Assembly: GCA_964510165.1 (NCBI GenBank)
Contig: CAZEBC010000044.1
Location: 1 to 23,753, forward strand
Direction: 5' to 3'
Length of the DNA: 23,753 bases
Source of the DNA: an uncultured bacterium
Lineage (GTDB): Bacteria; Abyssobacteria; SURF-5
Shown in pieces: positions 1 to 7,759 of this stretch (its first letter is position 1; every line of letters starts with the position of its first letter). The translations under genes and the position numbers were made by a program. The notes under the pieces are model-generated. The model did no database searches. It was not told where the DNA came from and saw nothing but the letters and a program-made list of their open reading frames with translations.

Positions 1-1058
1 GCGGCGATGGGCCAGACGGCTTCGAGGCGGTCGCCGCGGACGGCGTAGAAGCGGTCGTGCAGGTTGATGGTGGTGCAGCAGTGGCTGGGGATGAGTTCGA
101 TTTTCTGGCCGACTTCGGGGTCGGCGTCTTCGAGGTAGAGGTGTCCGTGTTCTTCGGAGAGGAAGGCGAGGCTGGCGCCGGGGAGGTTGATGGGTTCGGG
201 CATTCCGAACTCGAAGGTCATGGCTTTCATGCCTGCGTCGAGGATGGCGGTCTCCTGGTCGGGGCGGCTGATGACGGTGGTGAGGAGCGTGAGCGCGCAC
301 TCGAAGTCGTCGAGCACGCTGCGGTATTTGGTGTCCATGACGATGTATGAGCCGGCCTGGACTTCGGTGACGCCGGGGTAGGCGCCGGCGATGTTGTAGG
401 TTCCCGTTCCGCCCGCGCTGACGATGCGGCAATCTATCTTTTTTTTGGCGAGCTTGTCCTTGACGCCGAGGAGCACCTTCATGGAGTCGAGGCAGGCCTT
501 CTGGCGGTCCTTGAAGTCGGGGATCATGACGGCGTGGCCTTCGTAGCCCATGATGCCCTCGAACTGGAGGCCCGGGCTCTTGACGATGAGTTGCGCGAGG
601 AGGAGCGCCTCGTCGGGGCCGCGCACTCCACAGCGGTGCATTCCGACGTCGACCTCGATGAGGACTCGGATGGTGGAGCCTGCGTCGGTGGCGGCGACTG
701 ACAGGGCGGCGGCGTTTTCGGCGCATTCGACGGCGACCATGAGATCGCAATGGCGGGCGAGGTTGGCGAGGCGTCGGATTTTCTGTTCGTCAACTATCTG
801 GTTTGCGATGAGTATGTCGCGGACGCCGGCCTGGGCCATGATTTCGGCCTCGCCGAGCTTGGCGCAGGTGATGCCGTGGGCGCCGGCCTGGATTTGTTTG
901 TGCGCGAGGACAGGGCATTTGTGGGTTTTGATGTGCGGGCGCACGTTGGATGGTTGTTTGGCGAAGAAGTCGGCGAGTTTCTTAATGTTGCGTTCCATTT
1001 TGTTGAGATCGATGATGAGCGCGGGGGTGTCGATATCATGTTTGGAGATGCCCTGCAT
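1..1058 (-). CDS. DSD1 / D-threonine aldolase family PLP-dependent enzyme (alanine-racemase-like fold type III), 3' end truncated by window edge
   Basis: Translated by hand (absent from the ORF track because there is no stop in the window): MQGISKHDIDTPALIIDLNKMERNI...VRPHIKTHK (PLP lysine)...GITCAKLGEAE...EVDVGMHRCGV...GYEGH...SAGGTGT...QAGSY...SEEHG...IPSHCCTTINLHD...AVWPIA. ATG at 1058 with AAGGA upstream. Confidence 0.9.
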   Translation of the reverse strand, partial: MQGISKHDIDTPALIIDLNKMERNIKKLADFFAKQPSNVRPHIKTHKCPVLAHKQIQAGAHGITCAKLGEAEIMAQAGVRDILIANQIVDEQKIRRLANLARHCDLMVAVECAENAAALSVAATDAGSTIRVLIEVDVGMHRCGVRGPDEALLLAQLIVKSPGLQFEGIMGYEGHAVMIPDFKDRQKACLDSMKVLLGVKDKLAKKKIDCRIVSAGGTGTYNIAGAYPGVTEVQAGSYIVMDTKYRSVLDDFECALTLLTTVISRPDQETAILDAGMKAMTFEFGMPEPINLPGASLAFLSEEHGHLYLEDADPEVGQKIELIPSHCCTTINLHDRFYAVRGDRLEAVWPIA

Positions 1059-1142
1059 TGGTTGATTTCCTTATGTGCGGCGGAGCCGCAGGTTCTTGGG
1101 TTTCGAGTTTTGGGTTGAAGAGGTTGTCCTCGAAGAGCGCGA

Positions 1143-1167
1143 AGGGCACGGCGCGCCGTGCCCCTAC
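1143..1167 (-). repeat. GTAG-type REP-like palindrome
   Basis: Minus strand GTAGGGGCACGGCGCGCCGTGCCCT; perfect 20-bp palindrome 1144-1163 preceded by GTAG; intergenic. Confidence 0.75.
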
Positions 1168-1185
1168 GCAATTGCAAAGCACAAA

Positions 1186-1590
1186 TCATGCGGCGGAGCC
1201 GACTTTTTTCTTTATGAAGTTGATGGGTTCGTCGAGGCGGCTGCCTGTTGGGAAGACCTCTGCGACGCCCATCTGTTTGAGTTTCGGGACATCTTTTGCG
1301 AGGATGGTGCCGCCGACGAGGACGAGCTTGTCGGCCGCGTTCTGCTCCTTGAGTTTCTGGATGATCTTTTGGGTGAGGCTCATGTGCGCGCCCGAGAGGA
1401 CGCTGAGTCCGATGACATCGACGTCCTCCTGCAGTGCGGCGGCGACAATCTGCTCGGGCGTCTGGCGGAGTCCGGTATAGATAACTTCCATGCCGGCGTC
1501 GCGGAGCGCGCGAGCGATGACCTTGGCGCCGCGGTCGTGTCCGTCGAGACCGGGTTTTGCGATGAGCACGCGGATTTTTTTGTCAGGCAT
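1186..1590 (-). CDS. Cobalamin (B12)-binding domain protein, methylmalonyl-CoA/acyl-CoA mutase small-subunit type
   Basis: [10 protein letters not shown] (DxHxxG base-off/His-on motif), [12 protein letters not shown]. Start placed at ATG 1590 (MPDKKIRV) with GGAGGT RBS at 1599-1604. Confidence 0.93.
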   Translation of the reverse strand: MPDKKIRVLIAKPGLDGHDRGAKVIARALRDAGMEVIYTGLRQTPEQIVAAALQEDVDVIGLSVLSGAHMSLTQKIIQKLKEQNAADKLVLVGGTILAKDVPKLKQMGVAEVFPTGSRLDEPINFIKKKVGSAA

Positions 1591-1690
1591 ATGGGATGAC
1601 CTCCTGCAAACCAATAGTTTCGGGTTTCGGGTTAAGGGACTTGTCCATAAAGGACACGAAGTTTTGCGAAGTCATTATGAGTCTCTGTTT

Positions 1691-2878
1691 TCAGATGACG
1701 CCATCGGCGCGCAGCGCATTTATTTCCTCGGCGGACAGACCGAGCATCGAGGAGAGCACCTCGTCGGTATGCTGGCCGAGTGTGGGCGGCGGCGCGAAGC
1801 GGCCGTCGTCCATGATTGACGATTTTACGGGATTCCCGATGGCTTCGTATGTGCCGATTTCGGGGTGGTCGATCTCAACGACCATCTTGCGATGCCGAAC
1901 CTGTGGGTCGTTGAGGGCATCGCGGACGTTGTTGACCGGCCCCGACGGGATTTCCGCCTCGCGCAGCGGCGCAAGCCATTCGGCGGTCGTCTTGTTCGGG
2001 AATATCTGGTCAAGTATAGCATACAGGTCGAGCTTGTTCAAAGCGCGGGCGATGAGGCTGTTGAAGCGTTCGTCGGCGAGCAGGTCTTCGCGTTCGATGA
2101 TTTTGCAGAAGGTCTCAAAGTGCTTGTCCTGGAAGGCGACGACGGCGATGTGACCGTCCTTCGTGCGGAAGGAACGGAAGGGAGCAATGAGCGGATGCAT
2201 CGCGCCGCGCGCGGCGGGCGGTTGTCCCGTGGCGATGTATGTTTGCGCGAGATACATGAGGAGTGATATCTGGCTGTCGAGCAGGCTGATGTCGAGCTTT
2301 TGGCCGCAGCCGGTTTTTTCGCGATGGTAGAGCGCGGCGGCGATTGCCATCGCGCCGAACATGCCGCCTGCGAGGTCGCCCATCGGGACACCCATAAGGA
2401 AGGGGTCGCCGCCCTCGGGGCCGGTGAGGCTCATGGTTCCGCCCATTGCCTGCAGGATGATATCGTATGCGGGCAAGTCGCGATAGGGGCCGTCATGTCC
2501 GAATGCGGAAACCGAGCAGCAGATGATTCTCGGGTTGTGCTGCGAGAGTATCTCGTAGGTGCACTTGAGTCTTTCAAGGGCGGACGGGCGGAAATTGTCG
2601 TACACGACATCGGCCTTCTTCACGAGTTCGTAGAAGAGGAAGCGCCCTTTTTCGGTCTTGAGGTTGAGCGTGACGCTCTTCTTGCTGCGATTGATGCTGA
2701 GGAAGTAGGCGCTGATGCCGCGCAGAGCGGCTTCGGTCGAGGTGGTTCGCGTGAGGTCGCCGCCGCCCGGCTCTTCGATCTTGATGACTTCGGCGCCGAG
2801 GTCGCCGAGGAGCATGGAGCCGTAGGGGCCGGCGAGCATACGCGAGAGGTCGAGAATTCGCACACCTTGAAGGATCAT
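1691..2878 (-). CDS. CaiB/BaiF family (class III) CoA-transferase
   Basis: LDLSRMLAGPYGSMLLGDLGAEVIKIE, NRSKKSVTLNLK, ADVVYDNFRP, catalytic Asp region MGDLAGG, C-terminal PPTLGQHTDEVL. Confidence 0.93.
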   Translation of the reverse strand: MILQGVRILDLSRMLAGPYGSMLLGDLGAEVIKIEEPGGGDLTRTTSTEAALRGISAYFLSINRSKKSVTLNLKTEKGRFLFYELVKKADVVYDNFRPSALERLKCTYEILSQHNPRIICCSVSAFGHDGPYRDLPAYDIILQAMGGTMSLTGPEGGDPFLMGVPMGDLAGGMFGAMAIAAALYHREKTGCGQKLDISLLDSQISLLMYLAQTYIATGQPPAARGAMHPLIAPFRSFRTKDGHIAVVAFQDKHFETFCKIIEREDLLADERFNSLIARALNKLDLYAILDQIFPNKTTAEWLAPLREAEIPSGPVNNVRDALNDPQVRHRKMVVEIDHPEIGTYEAIGNPVKSSIMDDGRFAPPPTLGQHTDEVLSSMLGLSAEEINALRADGVI

Positions 2879-2913
2879 CTATGTACCCCCATGAAGCCGT
2901 GTTGATGTGTGAG

Positions 2914-3009
2914 GGGGACAGCGCTTGACATTTGACAAAGAGGCCCTGCTTTGACATATCAGAAACGAGAACAACGCATCGCATTTGTCAAATGTCAAGG
3001 TCTGACCCC
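2914..3009. mobile_element. 96-bp MITE/REPIN-like element with 26-bp imperfect terminal inverted repeats
   Basis: Left 2914-2939 GGGGACAGCGCTTGACATTTGACAAA versus reverse complement of 2984-3009 GGGGTCAGACCTTGACATTTGACAAA: 23/26 identical, inner 16 bp perfect, 44-bp spacer. Mobility is inferred; no target-site duplication seen. Confidence 0.6.
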
Positions 3010-4329
3010 TATTACGCTAAGGAGTTCGGCCATATCTTTCTTGATTTCCAAGTCCTCGATGAATTGGAGGATCGAGTCGGTCCGGCCAGGTGGCAAGAAG
3101 CGGTCCGAGAAGGAGCGGAATTTTCGGACGAGGTCGGCGTTGCGCTTCTGCTTGTCGAGGCCGAGATCGAGGGTGTCGGCGCGTCGCTTGAGCTCGCGGC
3201 CGTCGCGAGTGCGGATGGTGATTTCGGCCTGGGTGAGGCCGAGGTCTTCGTCAGCGAGCACTTTGATTTTCTTTCGGACGTTCACAAGGCGCTCGCTGAG
3301 CACGTTAGCGTCGGTGAAGCGGTCCTCGCCGGTTTCGCCGACGGCGAGCGCGAGCGCGGCGCAGTATGCGAGGCTGAATTTGCCTTCGAGGCCGGTGTGC
3401 GGCTCGGGCTTGCCCGCTATCTCAAGGGCGACGGGCATCGCTTTGACGCAGACCTCCTCGATTTCATCGAGCTTGATGTCCTTGCGGAGGCCAAGCGCGG
3501 CGTCAATTGTGGGATGCGTCTCGAAGCACGAGGCGTGGCGTTTGAATATGACGTTGGTTATCGTGAAGTTTTCGCCGAAACCCTGTGTGACCATGTCGGG
3601 ATTTGATTCGGGCGAGAGGACCTTGCAGAAGCCCATCTCGCCGGCGAGGATGTCGTCGGAACAGGTGAAGCCGCGTTCGGCGAGCAGAGCGGCGAGCAGG
3701 CCGTCGGCGGCGGCCTTTCCGGCATGGAAGGGTTTGGCCATCGTTCCGAAGACCTGCTTGAGACCGGCGGCCTGAGTGCCCGCGAGGCCGACGGCGTGGT
3801 TCATTCGGCTTGCATCGAGTCCGAGCAGTTTTGCGCAGGCGACGGCGGCGCCGAATCGGCCGAGCGTGGAGGTGGCGTGCCATCCTTGTTGGTAATGGAA
3901 GGGCAATACGGAGGAGCCGATGCGGCATTCGGCCTCGAAGCCGAGAATGAAGGCGGTGAGGAAATCGCGGCCGCTGGAGCCGCGATGTTCGGCAAGCGCG
4001 AGGAGCGCGGGCATGACCGGAACAGTCGGATGCCCCATCATCTGGAAGTGGACGTCGTCGAAGTCGAGCGCGTGAGAGGCCGAGCCGTTGATGAGGGCGG
4101 CGTTAAGCATTGAAGTTCTGTCCTTATGACAGATGATGCTTGCCTGCTCGTTGCCGCCGAGGCGGCCTGTGACCTCGATGAGTATCTTGGTGAGCGGTTC
4201 GTGTGCGCCGCCGATGGTTACTCCCAGCCAATCGAGCAGGCAGAGCTTGGCCTCGGCGAGGGCGTCGGCGGGGAGGTCGTTAAAGCCGGTCTTTTCAACC
4301 AGTGCACACAATTGCTGTGTAACGTTCAT
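2995..4329 (-). CDS. MmgE/PrpD family protein
   Basis: AALINGSASHALDFDD, GHPTVPVMPALLA, GWHATSTLG, KPFHAGKAA, FKRHASC, GKFSL. Start placed at ATG 4329 (MNVTQQL) with GGAG upstream. Confidence 0.9.
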   Translation of the reverse strand: MNVTQQLCALVEKTGFNDLPADALAEAKLCLLDWLGVTIGGAHEPLTKILIEVTGRLGGNEQASIICHKDRTSMLNAALINGSASHALDFDDVHFQMMGHPTVPVMPALLALAEHRGSSGRDFLTAFILGFEAECRIGSSVLPFHYQQGWHATSTLGRFGAAVACAKLLGLDASRMNHAVGLAGTQAAGLKQVFGTMAKPFHAGKAAADGLLAALLAERGFTCSDDILAGEMGFCKVLSPESNPDMVTQGFGENFTITNVIFKRHASCFETHPTIDAALGLRKDIKLDEIEEVCVKAMPVALEIAGKPEPHTGLEGKFSLAYCAALALAVGETGEDRFTDANVLSERLVNVRKKIKVLADEDLGLTQAEITIRTRDGRELKRRADTLDLGLDKQKRNADLVRKFRSFSDRFLPPGRTDSILQFIEDLEIKKDMAELLSVIGVRP

Positions 4330-4345
4330 GATTCTTCCGCTCCTG

Positions 4346-5149
4346 TCACACACCTTTGAAGTCGGCCTTACGCCGGCCGAAGAACGCGGTTACGCCTTCC
4401 TGCATGTCCTGGCTCAGGAAGCACGCGGCGCTGAGTTCGTCGAGTCGTGCGAGTTGGTCGGGGTGGCGGTCGCGGTTGAGCATTCCATGTTCGAGACACG
4501 CCTGGAGCACGCGCTTGCTTCCTCTGACCGACAGCGGCGCGTTCTCGGAGATTTCGCGGGCGATTTCATAAGTGAACTTTTCGAGTTCGGGCTTGGGCAC
4601 GACGTAATTGGCGAGGCCGACCTCTTTGGCGCGCTGGGCATCGAGCGCGCGTCCGATGAAAAATATCTCGCGGGCGGTGGAGATGCCCACGAGGTCAACC
4701 AGTCGCTGGTAGTTTTCATAATTGAGCATGACGCCGAGTTTGGCGGATGGGACGCCGACCTTGGCGGTGTCGGCGAGAATCCGGAGGTCGCATGCGACCG
4801 TGAGTTCGCAGCCTGCGCCGAGGGCGTATCCCTGCACCATTGCGATGACGGGGTTCCGATGCTTGCCGATGCTCTGGAGGGCGTATTCGAGGAGGGCGCC
4901 GTATTCGCGGGCCTTTTCGGGGCTAGTCCAGACCTCAAACTCGGAGATGTCGGCGCCGGAGGCAAATGCTTTCTCCCCTGCCCCACGGATGACCACGCAG
5001 CGGACGTCGTTGTCGTCGTTGAGTCGTTCCATCGTGTCGGCGAGCCATCGCCACATTGTGGACTGCATGGCGTTTCGCTGGTCGGGCCGGTTGATGGTGA
5101 TGGTGGCGACATAGCCGTCGCGTTCCAGCAGCATGTTGTTACTGTTCAT
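4346..5149 (-). CDS. Enoyl-CoA hydratase/isomerase (crotonase) family protein
   Basis: TITINRPDQRNA, AFASGADISEF, IAMVQGYALGAGCEL, C-terminal DMQEGVTAFFGRRKADFKG; GGAGGT RBS upstream. Confidence 0.92.
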   Translation of the reverse strand: MNSNNMLLERDGYVATITINRPDQRNAMQSTMWRWLADTMERLNDDNDVRCVVIRGAGEKAFASGADISEFEVWTSPEKAREYGALLEYALQSIGKHRNPVIAMVQGYALGAGCELTVACDLRILADTAKVGVPSAKLGVMLNYENYQRLVDLVGISTAREIFFIGRALDAQRAKEVGLANYVVPKPELEKFTYEIAREISENAPLSVRGSKRVLQACLEHGMLNRDRHPDQLARLDELSAACFLSQDMQEGVTAFFGRRKADFKGV

Positions 5150-5230
5150 GTAAAAGACCTCCGGACAAATGCGGACTCGTCTATCATTGGATTTGAGAAT
5201 TCGGACAACGAAAAAACGTCACGGACCCCA

Positions 5231-5842
5231 TCATGTGACTCCCTCGAGAATCCATCGCTCGAGGTCGTGGAGAAGCGCACTGTAATCAACCCTTTCGGGA
5301 TCGAGGTGTCCCATCATGGTAGCGCCTTGACAGCAGCCGATGAGGATGAGGGCGATGGCGTTGGAGTCGACTCCGATACGGAAGATTCCCTCGGCCTTGC
5401 CCTGCTCCAGGATTTCGACGATGCTGTCTCGCCATTCAGTGATTATGTTTATTAGTCGAGCGACGAACTCCGACTCTGTTTCCATCATTTCGGCGGTAAG
5501 GACGGCGAGGAGGGCGCATCCGTGAAAGATCTCTCCGCTATGCATCTGGGTCATGATCTCGACCATGCGCCTGATTCGGCTTCTGACATCGGGTTGTTTT
5601 GCGATGACGGCGATGACGTTTTCATGCCAGAAATTCTTGGCCAGATCGAGGACGGCGAACCCAAGTTCTTGTTTGCTCTTGAAATGGAAATAGAATCCGC
5701 CTTTTGTGGTTTTGGCTTTTCTTAATATGTCAGAGAGGGATGTGTTGTGGAAGCCGTGAATGCGGAATAGTTCGGTGGCGGCGCGCAAGATGCGCTCGCG
5801 CGTTTCCGGCATTGACGCTTCAAAGGCAGGAACGGATTGCAT
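5231..5842 (-). CDS. TetR/AcrR family transcriptional regulator
   Basis: TRERILRAATELFRIHGFHNTSLSDILRKAKTTKGGFYFHFKSKQEL helix-turn-helix; GC motif in the C-domain. Start may instead be ATG 5812 (MPETRER). Confidence 0.92.
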   Translation of the reverse strand: MQSVPAFEASMPETRERILRAATELFRIHGFHNTSLSDILRKAKTTKGGFYFHFKSKQELGFAVLDLAKNFWHENVIAVIAKQPDVRSRIRRMVEIMTQMHSGEIFHGCALLAVLTAEMMETESEFVARLINIITEWRDSIVEILEQGKAEGIFRIGVDSNAIALILIGCCQGATMMGHLDPERVDYSALLHDLERWILEGVT

Positions 5843-5912
5843 TATTATGGTTGCACGTTTTCTCTCACCGCCGGAGGACGGGAGAGGGCATTCGTAATCC
5901 GGGCACGATGTA

Positions 5913-5942
5913 AATGTATCAAAGCAGTGATTCCTTTGTCAA
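5913..5942 (-). promoter_or_regulatory. Putative sigma70 promoter for the tetR cluster
   Basis: TTGACA (5942-5937), 18-nt spacer, TACATT (5918-5913) with extended -10 TG. Confidence 0.55.
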
Positions 5943-5948
5943 GGAAGA

Positions 5949-5977
5949 TTGACAAACCCGGCGGGCCAAAATAGAAT
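5949..5977 (+). promoter_or_regulatory. Putative sigma70 promoter for the 6046-7158 gene
   Basis: TTGACA (5949-5954), 17-nt spacer, TAGAAT (5972-5977): 11/12 consensus match. Confidence 0.75.
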
Positions 5978-6045
5978 AGTCAAGCGTCCGCATTGACGGC
6001 GTGCACAAAGCACGACAACCCTGTCAGATCAGGAGGGACTCCATC

Positions 6046-7158
6046 TTGAAAAAGCTCGCACTTGTGCTGGTCATATTGGCAATGGCTTTCGGCACCGCAT
6101 TCGCAGAGTCGGAGAAGGTTTTGTTTTTCGAGGCGGCCCTGGCGCCGGGTGACACCATTTTCAGCGACGCCCCGACGGGCTTCTTAAAGCTGGCGGAGGC
6201 ATTGAGAGGCAAAGGGATGTTGGTGGCGTCGATGTCTGTGGGCGAACTCGCGCGCGAGAAGCTGGCGCCGTATAACATCATTGTGCTTCATCCAAGTCCG
6301 GAGAGGCCGCTGCAGGAGGACGAGATCTCCGCGCTGGTGTGGTTTGTGGCGCAGAAGGGCGGCTCTTTGTTCGTTCACGGAGGAACCGCAAAGGTCGTGA
6401 ATCCGCTGACGGAGATATTCGGGATTTCGATGGACAAGAGCACTCTCATAGACACCTCGTCGGCAATGGAAGGCTCGGACGGGCGAAAATTTGTGCTAAC
6501 AAAGTTCCCTCAACCCATATTCGCGTTTGAAGGCGTGCAGAGCATCGGATTCTACGGAGGCCCGCCGCTTGTGCTGTCGCAGAATTCGGCCGCCGTTGTG
6601 CGCGGGGATGAGGACTGCTATTCCGACAACGGGTTGTACAGTATCGGTTCGACCCCTCCGGTTGGCGCGGTTTCATTCTTCGGGCGAGGGATCATCCTGG
6701 TCAAGAGCGACAGGAGCGTCTTCGACAATGCGAATATTGAAGGTTATCAGAATCTCGAATGGGCCAAATCGGTATTCGTGCAGCTTGCGGCGGCGGAGGC
6801 TGGCGGCATCCAGCGCGAGCAGAGCCTGCTAGGACTCAGGGAGCGGGTGAACGAGCTTGAGAAGCAACTCGGCCTCGCTAACGAGAAGCTTCAGAAATAC
6901 GAGAGCGATCTGGCGGCAAGCTACGAGAGGATAGAGAAGCTCCAGGACCAGGTGAAGAACCTTGAAGAGAGCAACAAGAGCCTCAACGAACGCCTCGAAA
7001 CCGCACAGAAAGAGCGCGACAAGCTGAAAGCAACCCTTGCCAAGTATAGAAGCCCCGATACTCTTAAGATAGCGGGAATCGTCGCGATCGTGGTTGTCTT
7101 CGTGCTGCTTCTTCTCGGGTTTTTCCTTGGACGCTGGTCAGTGCGCACGCGGGTGTGA
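6046..7158 (+). CDS. Secreted membrane-anchored protein: signal peptide, GIFT/DUF4350 (GATase1-like) domain, coiled coil, C-terminal TM helix
   Basis: TTG start 6046 after [26 protein letters not shown] signal peptide; [30 protein letters not shown] pattern; about 70-aa heptad region; [23 protein letters not shown] followed by RWSVRTRV. The CDS is solid; the domain name is an inference. Confidence 0.8.
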   Translation: MKKLALVLVILAMAFGTAFAESEKVLFFEAALAPGDTIFSDAPTGFLKLAEALRGKGMLVASMSVGELAREKLAPYNIIVLHPSPERPLQEDEISALVWFVAQKGGSLFVHGGTAKVVNPLTEIFGISMDKSTLIDTSSAMEGSDGRKFVLTKFPQPIFAFEGVQSIGFYGGPPLVLSQNSAAVVRGDEDCYSDNGLYSIGSTPPVGAVSFFGRGIILVKSDRSVFDNANIEGYQNLEWAKSVFVQLAAAEAGGIQREQSLLGLRERVNELEKQLGLANEKLQKYESDLAASYERIEKLQDQVKNLEESNKSLNERLETAQKERDKLKATLAKYRSPDTLKIAGIVAIVVVFVLLLLGFFLGRWSVRTRV

Positions 7159-7743
7159 TGGGAGCGGAGCGGCTTTGCTCTGGATACTGAGGAAGTTGTT
7201 GATTATCTTCAGGCCGTCGCGTGTGAGGATGCTCTCGGGATGGAACTGGACTCCGTAGAGGGGATAGTGTTTGTGTTTGAGGCCCATTATCTCGCCCTCT
7301 TTGGTGTAGGCGGTTATCTCGAGGCAGTCGGGCAGGGTTTCGCGTTTCACGATGAGCGAATGGTATCGAGTCGCCTCGAAGGGGTTGGGCACATCGTGGA
7401 ACAGTTCGTTTTTGACGTGATAGATCATAGACGTCTTGCCGTGCATCAGCCGGTCGGCGCGGACGACATCGCCGCCATAGACATGCCCCATGCACTGATG
7501 TCCGAGGCACACGCCGAGAATGGGTATCTTGTCGGCGAAGTTGAGGATTACGTCATTCGAGACGCCGGAGTCGAGCGGGGTGCCGGGGCCGGGCGAGATG
7601 ATGACGCGATCGGGTGACAGCGCCGCTATTTCCTCGACGCTTACCTTGTCGTTGCGATAGACGACGAAATCGGGTCGGCTGACGCCGACATACTGAACGA
7701 GGTTATAGGTGAACGAGTCGTAGTTGTCTATAATTACTATCAT
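7138..7743 (-). CDS. trpG: Anthranilate synthase component II (glutamine amidotransferase, TrpG/PabA family)
   Basis: [42 protein letters not shown]; directly downstream of trpE. Confidence 0.92.
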   Translation of the reverse strand: MIVIIDNYDSFTYNLVQYVGVSRPDFVVYRNDKVSVEEIAALSPDRVIISPGPGTPLDSGVSNDVILNFADKIPILGVCLGHQCMGHVYGGDVVRADRLMHGKTSMIYHVKNELFHDVPNPFEATRYHSLIVKRETLPDCLEITAYTKEGEIMGLKHKHYPLYGVQFHPESILTRDGLKIINNFLSIQSKAAPLPSHPRAH

Positions 7744-7759
7744 CGAATCATCCCCGAAA

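Noticed and set aside
1591..1690. Cobalamin riboswitch upstream of the B12-binding gene
   Set aside because: Only 100 bp, largely taken up by the 45-bp repeat; no B12-box or core riboswitch motifs recognised.
2925..2998. Five TTGACA hexamers as promoters
   Set aside because: The two minus-strand copies facing the CoA-transferase have no -10-like hexamer at 17 nt (TCGTTT, GTTGTT); better explained as part of the inverted repeat.
2995..4329. Assigning prpD (2-methylcitrate dehydratase) specifically
   Set aside because: No prpB/prpC nearby, and the family also includes epimerases and decarboxylases; only a family-level call is supported.
4133..5455. 440-aa plus-strand ORF
   Set aside because: Antisense to the PrpD-like, crotonase and TetR genes, which carry clear family motifs.
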